A stretch of DNA of 64,000 bases, taken from a candidate division WOR-3 bacterium. GTDB taxonomy: Bacteria; Hydrothermota; Tepidihabitantia; Tepidihabitantales; Tepidihabitantaceae. This document shows positions 18,968-29,242 of the stretch, piece after piece. The position numbers and the translations under genes are program-made. The notes below the pieces were generated by a model that was not told where the DNA came from, made no database searches, and saw only the letters and a list, made by a program, of their open reading frames with translations. The stretch lies in assembly GCA_965649205.1 (NCBI GenBank), contig CBFGJV010000002.1:68764-132763 (forward strand), in the 5' to 3' direction. Within the stretch, counting starts at the first letter, position 1. Every line of letters begins with the position of its first letter.

Positions 18968-19653
18968 GGTCCTTTTCGTTTCTTCAGTCCCTCAGCTTCA
19001 TAATTTTGGCTTTACTTGTGGTTGGCTGGGCAGAATTACTGCTGCCGGTGAAGGAGAGCATCCACACGGATGTAATCCATCTGGCCGGGCGAATATACCA
19101 GCTACGCCGCATGAGGGAGAGAGAACGGCTGTTGATTCCCAAACTGGAGCAGGAAATCAGAGAGCAGGCCCGGGCGGCGAGCGAACTGGCTGACAAGTTC
19201 GCCAGCGCCTTTTCCAATGACCTGTATCTGGCCATAAACACTGCGGCTAACCGTTTGTACCTGCGTCGGGGAAGAGAGTTGAGACATGAGGCGGTTATTT
19301 CCACCGGCACCAGCGATACGTTGAGAGCCCCCGGCCGCAGATGGATATTCGATACTCCCCGAGGTATTCTTACCGTGCAGCGCAAGAAGGAGAAGCCGGT
19401 GTGGATAAAACCGGACTGGGCTTTTCTGGAGAAGGGGGAACCGGTGCCACCTCAGAACTCGCCCCTGCGCATACAGCGGGGGATGCTGGGAGAGTATCTG
19501 CTCGATCTGGGCGGAGGTATAGCCATTCACGGCACGCCTTATGAGAACCTGCTGGGTCGGAGCGTAACGCATGGCTGCATCCGGGTAGGAAAAGAGGACC
19601 TGAAGGTGCTTTATGATTCTGTGCCTGTGGGCACGAAGGTGTATATTTACTGA
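18964..19653 (+). CDS. L,D-transpeptidase (YkuD family)
   Basis: TPRG, PVWIKPDW, IAIHGT...LGRSVTHGCIR with catalytic His and Cys. Confidence 0.9.
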   Translation: MRSFSFLQSLSFIILALLVVGWAELLLPVKESIHTDVIHLAGRIYQLRRMRERERLLIPKLEQEIREQARAASELADKFASAFSNDLYLAINTAANRLYLRRGRELRHEAVISTGTSDTLRAPGRRWIFDTPRGILTVQRKKEKPVWIKPDWAFLEKGEPVPPQNSPLRIQRGMLGEYLLDLGGGIAIHGTPYENLLGRSVTHGCIRVGKEDLKVLYDSVPVGTKVYIY

Positions 19654-20309
19654 TGGCGCTACAAAAGCTGAGGCAGACTTTATCCATTCTTTCTGTGGTG
19701 TTGCTGGCTCTAGCTCTGGCTCGTCTGGCCGATGCTGTGGGTAAGAGAGAACTTTTGCGGGCGGCGCGTGAGGCGCAGGAAGAGCAGGAGCGAGTGAGGG
19801 CCGAGTTTGAGCGCCTGGTGGATGAAAAAGTCAGGTTAGAACTGGACCAGCAGTTACTTCAGCAGAGATTGCAGTTTCTGTCTCGTTCAGAGCATTATCT
19901 GGTCGTAAATAGGGCGAAAAGTCGCCTGCAGATGGGGCTGGGTGACAAGATTCTGCTGGAGGTGCCATTCCGTTTGCGCGGTACTCCGGACGGAGTAGAT
20001 GATTTCCTGTCTTTGCCCAAGGGAAAGTTTGAGATTCTGGGCAGGCGAGAGAATACAGACTGGTACATTCCTGACTGGGTATATCGCCTGCAGGGAGTGG
20101 AGCCACCGGCCGAGTCTGCTGCCAGGGTAATCAAGTATGCGTTCGGTTCTGGTGAACTGTTTTTGGGCGGGGGTATTTCCATACACGGCCCGGTGCGAGA
20201 GGAAGTTCCCGAGGGCGCCATCGACCATACTTACATCGAACTGGATAATAAATCGCTCACGGCGGTGGTGACTGCGCTCAAGGCTGGTTCGCTTGTGTTC
20301 ATAGACTGA
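19653..20309 (+). CDS. L,D-transpeptidase-like protein lacking the catalytic Cys
   Basis: LPKGKFEI, WYIPDW, ISIHG...IDHTYIEL; N-terminal TM plus coiled coil. Confidence 0.75.
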   Translation: MALQKLRQTLSILSVVLLALALARLADAVGKRELLRAAREAQEEQERVRAEFERLVDEKVRLELDQQLLQQRLQFLSRSEHYLVVNRAKSRLQMGLGDKILLEVPFRLRGTPDGVDDFLSLPKGKFEILGRRENTDWYIPDWVYRLQGVEPPAESAARVIKYAFGSGELFLGGGISIHGPVREEVPEGAIDHTYIELDNKSLTAVVTALKAGSLVFID

Positions 20310-20404
20310 CCAAGCGTTGACAGCTGCTGCAGCTTGGTTATTCTGCCTTGACCGCGGAGTTTTGTAGAGTGTTTGCGCTCTTTTTCTGATTCTTGGTCGC
20401 AACC

Positions 20405-20491
<87 letters not shown>

Positions 20492-20562
20492 TTTCCGCTG
20501 GGTAGTTGCGTACCTTCCATCTCGCATAGACGCAACATCCTATTTCTTCAATTGTGGTCTAA

Positions 20563-23067
20563 GTGCTGATGGAAGAGAAAACGCGTATTCACATTGATCC
20601 GGTATGCCGGATGAAGGTCACAGAAGGCCAGCAGGCGGCCACATCCGTGTACAAGGGCGACACCTACTATTTTTGCAATCTGAAGTGCAAATTACGTTTT
20701 GACCAAGAGCCGGAAAAGTTTCTCAAATTCCAGGAAGAAGGAAGGACGGCGGTTCAAAATGAAATCAGTCGGGAGGGTGACGTCGAGTCGGGAAGGCCAA
20801 CTGCCCAGCCGGCGGGCAGAACGCGGATTGCAACGCTTACAATCGGCGGTATGACCTGTGCGTCTTGTGTTACCACGGTTGAGAAGGCACTTTCCCGCGT
20901 GCGAGGCGTGAGGTCCGCGGTCGTAAACTTTGCGGTTGAGAAGGCGATTGTGGAGTACGACCCGAATGTGGCATCAGTAGCTGATCTGGAAAGGGCGGTA
21001 ATTGAAGCAGGGTATGAGATTCTCCGGCCACAGGCCGGGACCAAGGACGGGGCTGAGGAAGAACAGCGACGGGCAGCAAACAAACTCGTCTGGGTCTGGT
21101 TTCTGGCGGGCGTTCCCATGGCTCTGATGCTTTTGCATCATCTTCTGCATCTGCGTTTGCCGAGCAAGGTTGTGGTTGATGTTCTTTTTGGCGCTGCAGC
21201 GCTTTTTGGTCCGGGATGGAATACTCTTAAAGGTGCGTGGAGCTCAGTACGGGCTGGCTCAGCTTCTATGGATGTGCTCATTGTGTTAGGGGCGGCGGCG
21301 GCGCTGGGGTCCGGGATTGCGGTGTTAACTGGATTGCCCATAAGAAGTTTTGCAGACGCTGGGGGCATGATTCTAGCTGTGTTTCTTATCGGCCGGTATA
21401 TTGAGGCAAAATCCAAGGGACGTACGTCGCAGGCGATTCGCAAGCTTGTCGCTCTGGGCGCGAGGACCGCGCGAGTACGGCTGGCTGATGGCACAGAGAA
21501 GGAAATACCAGTCGCCCAGCTTCGTCCTGGTGATGTGATGGTGGTGAGGCCGGGTGAAAAAATACCGACAGACGGTCTGATTCTGGAGGGTTCAACAGTG
21601 GTGGACGAGTCAATGGCTACCGGTGAGCCAATGCCGGTGGAAAAAAGGCCAGGGGATGAGGTCATTGGGGCGACTGTAAATGGCAATGGGGTTATTACTG
21701 TCCAGGCCAAAAAGGTCGGTGCAGACACATTTCTTGCGCAGGTTATCAAGCTGGTTGAAGAGGCTCAGAGCGCAAAGATACCGATCCAGGCATTCGCTGA
21801 CAGGGTTACTGCCCGGTTCGTGCCGGCTGTGCTTGTAACCGCAATAGTGACTTTCCTTACCTGGTTTTTCTTTCCTTCTCTATTCCAGCCAGTTTTGAAC
21901 TGGGCCGCAGGTTTCCTGCCTTGGGTTGATCCCCAAATGCCGACGTTTTCACTTGCATTCTTTGCCAGTGTGGCGGTTCTGGTTATCGCTTGTCCTTGTG
22001 CTTTGGGTCTGGCCACTCCGACTGCGCTCATGGTTGGCTCGGGTGTGGCTGCGGAGCGGGGTATCCTTTTCTGTTCGGGTGAGGCGGTCCAGACCTTGAA
22101 AGATGTGAAGGTGGTGGCGTTCGACAAAACCGGGACCATAACTAGGGGTAGGCCCGAGGTAACAGACGTGATTACCGCAGCCGGTGTAAGCCGGGAGGAA
22201 TTACTTGCCTTTGCGGCCGCCTTGGAGCGAGAATCAGAGCATCCATTAGCTCAGGCGATTATGGCGGCAGTGGGGGAGAATTGTGGGGCGGGTCAGATAT
22301 GTCAGATTGCTCGGGTGAGTTCAAGCGGAGTTGAGGCTGTGCCGGGTCTTGGAATTAGAGGGTTGGTCAAAGGTAGGCTGGCTTTGGTTGGAAAGGAGAA
22401 GCTGCTGACCGAACACGGTATCAAGACAGATTCTTTGCAGGTTCAGGCTGCAGAGCTTGAAGCCCGGGCCAGAACCGTTCTGTTCGTCGGGCATGATGGC
22501 AGGGTACTCGGACTGATTGGCGTGGCCGATGCGGTCAAGTCGGAATCGGCTCAGGCAGTTGCGGAGTTGAAGGCCCTTGACATTGTACCGGTGATGCTCA
22601 CCGGTGACAACCGTACCACTGCTGAGGCGGTTGGCCGAGAGGTAGGTATCGAACGGGTGGTGGCTGGTCTGCTGCCAGCACAAAAGCAGGAGGTTCTGGC
22701 ATCGCTGCGGAAAGAATTTGGGCCTGTGGCGATGGTAGGAGACGGTATCAATGACGCACCAGCCCTCAGAGCGGCAGATGTCGGTATTGCCATAGGCACT
22801 GGGACAGATGTTGCCATAGAGGCGTCTGATGTAACACTGATACGAGGCGATTTGTCAGGTGTGGTTACGGCTATAAGGTTATCGCGTGCCATTTTTGCCA
22901 AGGTTAGGCAGAATCTTTTCTGGGCCTTTTTTTACAATGCAGTGGCCATACCTGTGGCAATGCTTGGTCTGTTACATCCGATAGTCGCCGAGGCGGCTAT
23001 GGCTTTATCTTCAATCAACGTCGTGTCTAACTCTCTGCGTTTGCGGGCATTTCGTGACCGCGGTTAG
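20563..23067 (+). CDS. copA: Copper-translocating P1B-1 ATPase with N-terminal YHS and HMA domains
   Basis: DPVC..YYFC..C (YHS), GMTCASC, TGE, CPC, DKTGT, SEHP, GDGIND, YN and MALSS. Confidence 0.92.
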   Translation: MLMEEKTRIHIDPVCRMKVTEGQQAATSVYKGDTYYFCNLKCKLRFDQEPEKFLKFQEEGRTAVQNEISREGDVESGRPTAQPAGRTRIATLTIGGMTCASCVTTVEKALSRVRGVRSAVVNFAVEKAIVEYDPNVASVADLERAVIEAGYEILRPQAGTKDGAEEEQRRAANKLVWVWFLAGVPMALMLLHHLLHLRLPSKVVVDVLFGAAALFGPGWNTLKGAWSSVRAGSASMDVLIVLGAAAALGSGIAVLTGLPIRSFADAGGMILAVFLIGRYIEAKSKGRTSQAIRKLVALGARTARVRLADGTEKEIPVAQLRPGDVMVVRPGEKIPTDGLILEGSTVVDESMATGEPMPVEKRPGDEVIGATVNGNGVITVQAKKVGADTFLAQVIKLVEEAQSAKIPIQAFADRVTARFVPAVLVTAIVTFLTWFFFPSLFQPVLNWAAGFLPWVDPQMPTFSLAFFASVAVLVIACPCALGLATPTALMVGSGVAAERGILFCSGEAVQTLKDVKVVAFDKTGTITRGRPEVTDVITAAGVSREELLAFAAALERESEHPLAQAIMAAVGENCGAGQICQIARVSSSGVEAVPGLGIRGLVKGRLALVGKEKLLTEHGIKTDSLQVQAAELEARARTVLFVGHDGRVLGLIGVADAVKSESAQAVAELKALDIVPVMLTGDNRTTAEAVGREVGIERVVAGLLPAQKQEVLASLRKEFGPVAMVGDGINDAPALRAADVGIAIGTGTDVAIEASDVTLIRGDLSGVVTAIRLSRAIFAKVRQNLFWAFFYNAVAIPVAMLGLLHPIVAEAAMALSSINVVSNSLRLRAFRDRG

Positions 23068-23143
23068 CCTGATATTAGTGTTGACACTTTTGAAGAGTGT
23101 TTTAGGATAACAGTAGCTGTAAGAGCAAGCATAAAAAAGGAGG

Positions 23144-24916
23144 ATGCTTATGTACCGATTGCTGTTCGTAGGCATGATTCTGCCGGCATTGCTTCTGGCA
23201 GGTTACACTCAGCCTTTAATAGTTCTGCCAGAGGAGAAAGCGCCGGTAGTGACGGGTCCGGCTCTGAAAGAACCCGGCCAGTATTCTTTTCCTCCAGAAG
23301 GCGAGATTTGCCTTCTGGGTACGCTGGATACGGTAGGTGGTACTACTTATGACTGGCAGGCTAACGGTCCGGCCTTGCGTATGCTCGTGAATTCTCCAGG
23401 TCACGGAGTACATGTCCTTTGGATGTATTCAGCTTCTACTTCTGGTACCACATTTCCAGACCGTAACATGCGCTACAACTACTACGACTATACGACGCGT
23501 TCCTGGCTGTGGGTTGATCCGGATTTCATGCAGTCGGGTGTGAACGTGTATACCTACCGTACTGGTTTTGGTTCTCTGTCAGCTCGACCCAGCGACGGAG
23601 CGGCCGTGATTTCTGCTCACCACGCTACGAGTTCTATAGCTCCCGTGTTGGCGCGTGATGTTGAAGCTGGTGCGGGCATTTTTGACTACCTACCCGGTGA
23701 ACCCACGATTGACGGCTACCAGTGGCCGTATGTATCAGTAGGTTCTCAGGAATACTACCAGCTAGCGATGATAGAAGGAGCAACGCAGGATTCGTTGTAC
23801 TACAGCCGTTCCCCTAATTTTGTGAACTGGGTGCAGGCTCAACCCATTCCTAGTCCCAAACCGGACGCCATGTTTCCTACCCACCAGATTGCTGCCTCGC
23901 TTGTTCCTGGTTCACAAAAAGTGGTTATTACCTGGGTAGCTACAGGTAGCACACCCTATACAGGACATTATCGTTTGTCTACAGACGGTGGGGTTAATTG
24001 GCAGGCTCCTCAGGATTTGCCGCATCCCCCTGCTTATGGTGGAGATACAGTGACTTCCTATCATATTACTTCGCTTTTCCCCATGTTTGACCGAAATGAC
24101 AGGTTGCACGTAGTGGCTAACGTTATGCCTTATGTAGGCGGCAACGGTTACATCATTCCGGCGCAGTTGTGGCACTGGTGTCCAGAGAATACTCCAAACT
24201 GGTCAAGAATAGCCATTGCTACCTGTGACCCGAATAACCTGAGGGCGGCTGTGGGGTATAACGCCATGTATGCCTGTCGTCCTAGCATGGGAGTAGATGG
24301 AAACGGCAACCTGTTTGTTGCCTGGGAGCAGTTTGATTCGGCTAATGTAGAGCCGGGACCTCCGGAGCGGCTTCGGGCAGATATATTCGTAGCCAGTTCT
24401 AGTAACAATGGGCAGAGTTGGACGGCGCCGCAGAAGTTGACTAATGCTGGCACCAGTTCGTGTCGTTTTCCGTCCATATTGGATAACATCGCTGATACAG
24501 TAATGGTGGCGTATATGATTGACCTCAAGGCGGGGTTCTTCCTTTACGGTGAAAATGTGGCCACAAACAATCCTATAGTGGTACAAAAGTGGCCTAACCC
24601 TTATGTCGGAGGTGTGTCTGGCGAGAAACATTTCCGTCCCGCGCACGCCGGCATTTCAGTCAGCCCAAATCCTTTTGCCAGAGACGTACATATAACTTAT
24701 GAGGTGCCCAGACGGAGCAAGGCAACTATAGAGGTTTATGACCCTGTCGGCAGACTCGTGCGTGTTATAGTTGCTGGCCAGCAGGACCCGGGACGGTTTT
24801 CAGCGGTCTGGAACGGATGCGATGACGCTGGAAACAGAGTGTCTCCGGGGGTGTATTTCTACCGGTATTCTTTGGACAAGGAGCGTTTGACCGGCAAATT
24901 GATGCTTATAGATTGA
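23144..24916 (+). CDS. Secreted Asp-box (BNR) protein with C-terminal T9SS/FlgD-Ig-like domain
   Basis: Signal peptide, STDGGVNW, SSNNGQSW, SPNPF...YDPVGRLVR...WNGCDDAG..VSPGVYFY. Confidence 0.8.
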   Translation: MLMYRLLFVGMILPALLLAGYTQPLIVLPEEKAPVVTGPALKEPGQYSFPPEGEICLLGTLDTVGGTTYDWQANGPALRMLVNSPGHGVHVLWMYSASTSGTTFPDRNMRYNYYDYTTRSWLWVDPDFMQSGVNVYTYRTGFGSLSARPSDGAAVISAHHATSSIAPVLARDVEAGAGIFDYLPGEPTIDGYQWPYVSVGSQEYYQLAMIEGATQDSLYYSRSPNFVNWVQAQPIPSPKPDAMFPTHQIAASLVPGSQKVVITWVATGSTPYTGHYRLSTDGGVNWQAPQDLPHPPAYGGDTVTSYHITSLFPMFDRNDRLHVVANVMPYVGGNGYIIPAQLWHWCPENTPNWSRIAIATCDPNNLRAAVGYNAMYACRPSMGVDGNGNLFVAWEQFDSANVEPGPPERLRADIFVASSSNNGQSWTAPQKLTNAGTSSCRFPSILDNIADTVMVAYMIDLKAGFFLYGENVATNNPIVVQKWPNPYVGGVSGEKHFRPAHAGISVSPNPFARDVHITYEVPRRSKATIEVYDPVGRLVRVIVAGQQDPGRFSAVWNGCDDAGNRVSPGVYFYRYSLDKERLTGKLMLID

Positions 24917-24937
24917 GTGATTTGGTAGTAGGATTTC

Positions 24938-24967
24938 AAGGGCGCTTGCTTCGGCAGCGCCCTTTTT
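24938..24967 (+). terminator. Rho-independent terminator
   Basis: aagggcgcttgc-ttcg-gcagcgccc followed by ttttt. Confidence 0.85.
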
Positions 24968-25013
24968 CACTTTGCATTGACTGAGCCGGACCCAAGATTA
25001 TGATGATTATGGA

Positions 25014-26489
25014 TTGGTGAGATTGATGCTTTCAGTACTTCTGGTTCTGGTTGGAATGTCCTGCGCCGGACAGAAGGAGGTTACTATGATTAGACAGCCG
25101 GCGGTTGCCGGTCAATTCTACCCACAGGATGCAAAAATCCTTGCCAAAATGGTAGATCAAATGCTGGCCGATGCTATTCCCCCAGTTATCAGCGGTCGGA
25201 TTATAGGCGTGCAGGTTCCACATGCGGGGTATCCGTATTCCGGGCCCACTGCAGCTTATGCCTACAAGCTGTTATCCGGCATTGATTCAGTGACAGTGGT
25301 AATGCTGGGACCGAGCCATCGCGTACTCCTGCAACGGGCTGCTGTATATGCCAAAGGTTGCTGGCGTACTCCACTGGGAGACGTGCCGGTAGATGCGGAG
25401 CTGGCAAAGAAGATCCTTGCCGAAGACGACTATTTTGTGGAGCAGCCCGAAGCACAGAAAGAAGAACATTCATTAGAAGTACAACTACCTTTTCTGCAGC
25501 GCGTACTGCCTAATTTTAAGATTGTGCCGATTATGCTTCTGCAGCCTACTTGGGAACAGTGTGAGAGAATGGGTAAAGCGATTGTCCGGGCGGTAAAGGG
25601 AAGGAAGGTAATCCTTTTGGCCTCCAGTGATTTATACCACGGATATGACTATGCAGAGGCTAAAACAACCGACAGCGCTACCGTTGGCCTTCTGGCGGCA
25701 TTCAGTCCCAGAGCGCTGTATCAGTCACTGCAAGAAGGCAAGGCACAGGCCTGTGGTGGATACCCGATAGTCTGTATTATGATAGCAGCTCAGGAATTGG
25801 GCGCAGACCGGGCAATAGTTCTCCATACCACAAATTCTAATGATGTAATGGGAGAACGTGGTGGCTATTGTGTAGGATACAGCGCAACGGTTTTTGTCGC
25901 TGGGGCCTCGAATGCAGAGTTGGGTACGGATGCAGAGTACGGATTGACAGAAGCAGAAAAGAAAAATTTGTTGGAGATAGCCCGCAACACTCTGGAAAGC
26001 TACATACGTACGGGAAAGATTCCGGAAGCGAGACCGTTGACTGCGCGTCTGAGCGAAAAACGCGGGGTGTTCGTTACTCTGCACAAGAAAGGGCAACTGC
26101 GGGGGTGTATCGGCTATGTGGAGCCGGTGAAGCCTCTGTATGAAGCTGTGAGTGACATGGCTATTGCGGCTTCTACTGAAGACCCCCGTTTTCCCCAGGT
26201 GCAGGCAGCGGAGCTTTCAGAGATTGATATAGAGATAACCGTACTCAGCCCCTTGGTGCGTATCTCTGATCCGCAGTCGGTGGTGGTGGGTAAACATGGG
26301 CTCGTGATGCGTCGAGGCGGCCGGTCTGGTTTGCTTCTACCGCAGGTGCCAGTGGAGCAGGGCTGGAACCGGGAGGAATTCTTGGCTTATACCTGTCTCA
26401 AGGCCGGTCTCCCTCAGGACGCATGGAAGGATAAGGATACCGAGATATACGTTTTCACCGGCGAAGTATTCGGAGAGAAGGCGCATTAG
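25014..26489 (+). CDS. AmmeMemoRadiSam system protein B-A fusion (MEMO1 + AMMECR1)
   Basis: RQPAVAGQFYP, PHAGY.YSG, GPSH, EHSLEVQLPFLQ, then GVFVTL..LRGCIG, DPRF, GLLLPQV, CLKAGL. Confidence 0.92.
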   Translation: MVRLMLSVLLVLVGMSCAGQKEVTMIRQPAVAGQFYPQDAKILAKMVDQMLADAIPPVISGRIIGVQVPHAGYPYSGPTAAYAYKLLSGIDSVTVVMLGPSHRVLLQRAAVYAKGCWRTPLGDVPVDAELAKKILAEDDYFVEQPEAQKEEHSLEVQLPFLQRVLPNFKIVPIMLLQPTWEQCERMGKAIVRAVKGRKVILLASSDLYHGYDYAEAKTTDSATVGLLAAFSPRALYQSLQEGKAQACGGYPIVCIMIAAQELGADRAIVLHTTNSNDVMGERGGYCVGYSATVFVAGASNAELGTDAEYGLTEAEKKNLLEIARNTLESYIRTGKIPEARPLTARLSEKRGVFVTLHKKGQLRGCIGYVEPVKPLYEAVSDMAIAASTEDPRFPQVQAAELSEIDIEITVLSPLVRISDPQSVVVGKHGLVMRRGGRSGLLLPQVPVEQGWNREEFLAYTCLKAGLPQDAWKDKDTEIYVFTGEVFGEKAH

Positions 26490-26522
26490 CCGGCGATAGC
26501 TTTTGGGAAAGCAAAGAGTGCT

Positions 26523-27173
26523 CTAGCGTAGGAAGAGTAGTACGCGAACAGACAAGAAAATAAAGTAGATTCCGACGAGAACTGAGGCGAACCGGGCCGC
26601 AAAGCGTACAGAATCAAAGCGGGCTGCCAGGCCGGAGAAAAGTAACGGTAGCAGGTAGACACTGGTAGCCAGGAAGAATGCTAGAAAAAATACCATTCCC
26701 TGTATTATTCCACCTACATCTAGTACTGCCGTGACGGCCAGCAGGAAAGGCGGACAAAGGTTGATGCCGGCCAGGAGACCGAGTAGAGCTGGGTACCAGC
26801 GAGATTGAAACCGAGGGCGGAGTACCCGGCAGAGTTCCAGGCGGGGAAAACTATGGGCAAGGCCATAGAGTATCATCAGGAAGCCAAGCAGGGCATGGAG
26901 AATTGGCACCCAGATGGTGCGAAAAGACCAGAACCGAACCAAGAATCCGCCTAAAGCACCGAATACCAGTCCAAACAACAGGTAGGCAGAAAGCCGGCCG
27001 AGGAGGAATAATGCCAACGTTGCGGCGGATTCGCGTAAGTGACTTCTGTATGATAGCAACACCGGAGCGACAAGAGGAATACAGAAGCCGAGACAATAGA
27101 GGCCAGTAGACAAGCCGAGGAGGAGGGCTCTGCTGGTCAGGAGCAGAAGCGGCATAGGAGGTTGCGAGTTCAA
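26523..27173 (-). CDS. TauE/SafE- or DsbD_2-like multi-pass membrane protein
   Basis: GLSTGLYCLGFC, GRLSAY, GINLCPP, about 6 TM helices; start TTG 27173 or ATG 27155. Confidence 0.75.
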   Translation of the reverse strand: MNSQPPMPLLLLTSRALLLGLSTGLYCLGFCIPLVAPVLLSYRSHLRESAATLALFLLGRLSAYLLFGLVFGALGGFLVRFWSFRTIWVPILHALLGFLMILYGLAHSFPRLELCRVLRPRFQSRWYPALLGLLAGINLCPPFLLAVTAVLDVGGIIQGMVFFLAFFLATSVYLLPLLFSGLAARFDSVRFAARFASVLVGIYFIFLSVRVLLFLR

Positions 27174-27177
27174 TAGT

Positions 27178-27681
27178 TCACCTTCCGCCAGAATTCTGGT
27201 TCGAAAAAAGACTTTCGTATTGCTGCCGGGCTTTGTCCGTGGCGCGCGACGGGTCCCAGGAAACCAAGGGATCGAGCTGCAGTCGTATGGCCTTGACGCC
27301 TGGTACAAGTTTAAGGGCAGCCAGTGTTTGCTCGCCTATTTGTCTGGCGAAAGGGCAGGTGATGCTGGTCAGTCCGAGCGTAACCGAGATATTTCCCGCG
27401 GAGTCAAGCTGCAGCGAGTGGATGAGTCCCAGGTCACTGATGCTTATGTGCAGTTCGGGGTCCAGTACCTGGCTCAAGGCGGCTGCGACTCTGATGGGGT
27501 CGAGTCCCCAACTGTCGGCGGGTACCAGTCCGGAATCGGTCAGAGGAGAAAAAGGCGTAAGTGAGGGAGGATGCAGTCGGCGAAATGTTGCCAGATGTGG
27601 AATGTTCATGATGACTATGCCTGCCACTAGAACCAGGAGGAATACTAGCAATCTGGGCAGCAGGTTTATCAGTTTGCGCAC
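27178..27681 (-). CDS. DUF59 (SufT/PaaD-like) metal-sulfur cluster assembly domain with N-terminal TM
   Basis: VLDPELHISISDLGLI, LTSITCPF, WDP; leaderless TGGACA-N16-TAGAAT-N5-GTG. Confidence 0.82.
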   Translation of the reverse strand: MRKLINLLPRLLVFLLVLVAGIVIMNIPHLATFRRLHPPSLTPFSPLTDSGLVPADSWGLDPIRVAAALSQVLDPELHISISDLGLIHSLQLDSAGNISVTLGLTSITCPFARQIGEQTLAALKLVPGVKAIRLQLDPLVSWDPSRATDKARQQYESLFSNQNSGGR

Positions 27682-27788
27682 ATACCATTCTAGTCTGCGC
27701 TTAGTTGCTGTCCATCCAGGAATCTGTGGGTGGTATTGACAGAGATTGGTATGCTATTACTCTAGACTCTAAGTCATCATCAGTTGTT

Positions 27789-29219
27789 ATGTGGGATAAT
27801 AATAGCAGACCCTACGTTAGGAACGCACGCATAACTGGGGCGGTAGTGAGGACCGTGTTTGGGGTGGTGCTAGCGGGGCTGAGTTGTGTAGGGGAGAAGC
27901 CGCCGCACGTGCCGGTGATGGGCGGACCTCGTTCAGGACAGCCTGGAGATACACTTCGCTTCTGGGCAAGGGGTATTGACCCGAACGGGGGAAGTATCTC
28001 TTTTCTTTTCGACTTCGGCGACAGTACGGAGCAGTACTGGACAGCCGAGATTCCCAGCGGAGATACGTTCTACAGATTTCACGTATATCCTGAAACAGGA
28101 ATATATGCAGTCCGGGTGCGGAGTCGCGACCGACAGAGACAGGAGTCCGATTGGTCAGTTCCTTGGCATGTTTCTATTGTTCTTTTCGGACCTTATGTGG
28201 CAGAAAAACCTCAAGGTCCGCAGCTGGCCTATCCGGATACAACGTTGGACTTCAGCGTTCTGGTCGGACATATATTGGGAGAGAGTGTGAGCGTGCAGTT
28301 TGACTTCGGCGACACTCTGGGGCCGTGGTCAGATTACGTTGCTGCGGGCAGCAGAGTGACAGGAAACCATACCTATCGTCATACAGGTACTTTTTTGGTT
28401 CGGGCGAGGGCACGGGACAGAAAAGGTTTTCTCAGTCCCTGGTCAGCGCCAGACACTGTGAAGGTATTGTCTTGGCCTCTCGCGCCGCCACGCAGTCTCA
28501 GTATCAGGGCAGCGGGGGGGACCGGTATCCGACTGCGTTGGTTGGAGGGGCGTAATCAGGATTCTGTCGTGTATCGACTTTGGTTCCGGCCGCTGGGAGG
28601 AGAGTTTCAGGAGGTGGATTCAGTTAGGGGAACGAGTGTATTTCATGATCCCTATGGACGCACAGGCTGTTACACTGTTTCGGCCCGGTGGGGCACAGAA
28701 GAGAAGTTTGCTTCTGAGACTTTGAGTACTCTGCCAGTGTATAGTGAGACAACTGTACTGTGGGAATTGGACGCAGACAGTTTTTCCGGTTACGGATGGA
28801 ATAGTACAACAGGTGGTGCCCGGGCAGTGTCTATGTGGGATACAGCCGGTGTATCTCTGGCCGATGTGTATTTCACAGACCGGAAACCGGGCAGTGCGGG
28901 GCCGCATTTTTTTCTGGCCAGTGCACATCTCGCACCTTCTGAGTCAGGTGGGAGAGTACCACCGGGGGGCTGGCGACAGAGTGGACTTCTATTTTTCTAC
29001 GGCAATCCTCATCAGCCTGTGCCGGAGTACGATCCGGTTTTCTACAGTACTCAGGCTGAGGTTACGCTTCCGGGTGGATACATAGCTGTTTTTACACAGG
29101 ACGGTTACTACGCACTTATTGATAGAGAGGAACCAGACACAGTTGCAGGAACTATAAAGGTACGATCCTGGTTTCAGAGGATAAGAGGATTGCGTTTGAT
29201 GCAGCACGAAGAGCCATGA
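27789..29219 (+). CDS. Lipoprotein with two PKD-like and one FN3-like domain
   Basis: Lipobox-like LAGLSC; FDFGD...H.Y...G.(Y/F).VR.R.RD....S.WS.P twice; start uncertain (27789 or later GTG). Confidence 0.75.
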   Translation: MWDNNSRPYVRNARITGAVVRTVFGVVLAGLSCVGEKPPHVPVMGGPRSGQPGDTLRFWARGIDPNGGSISFLFDFGDSTEQYWTAEIPSGDTFYRFHVYPETGIYAVRVRSRDRQRQESDWSVPWHVSIVLFGPYVAEKPQGPQLAYPDTTLDFSVLVGHILGESVSVQFDFGDTLGPWSDYVAAGSRVTGNHTYRHTGTFLVRARARDRKGFLSPWSAPDTVKVLSWPLAPPRSLSIRAAGGTGIRLRWLEGRNQDSVVYRLWFRPLGGEFQEVDSVRGTSVFHDPYGRTGCYTVSARWGTEEKFASETLSTLPVYSETTVLWELDADSFSGYGWNSTTGGARAVSMWDTAGVSLADVYFTDRKPGSAGPHFFLASAHLAPSESGGRVPPGGWRQSGLLFFYGNPHQPVPEYDPVFYSTQAEVTLPGGYIAVFTQDGYYALIDREEPDTVAGTIKVRSWFQRIRGLRLMQHEEP

Positions 29220-29242
29220 GACAGCAGTTGTGTAGTGAGAAA

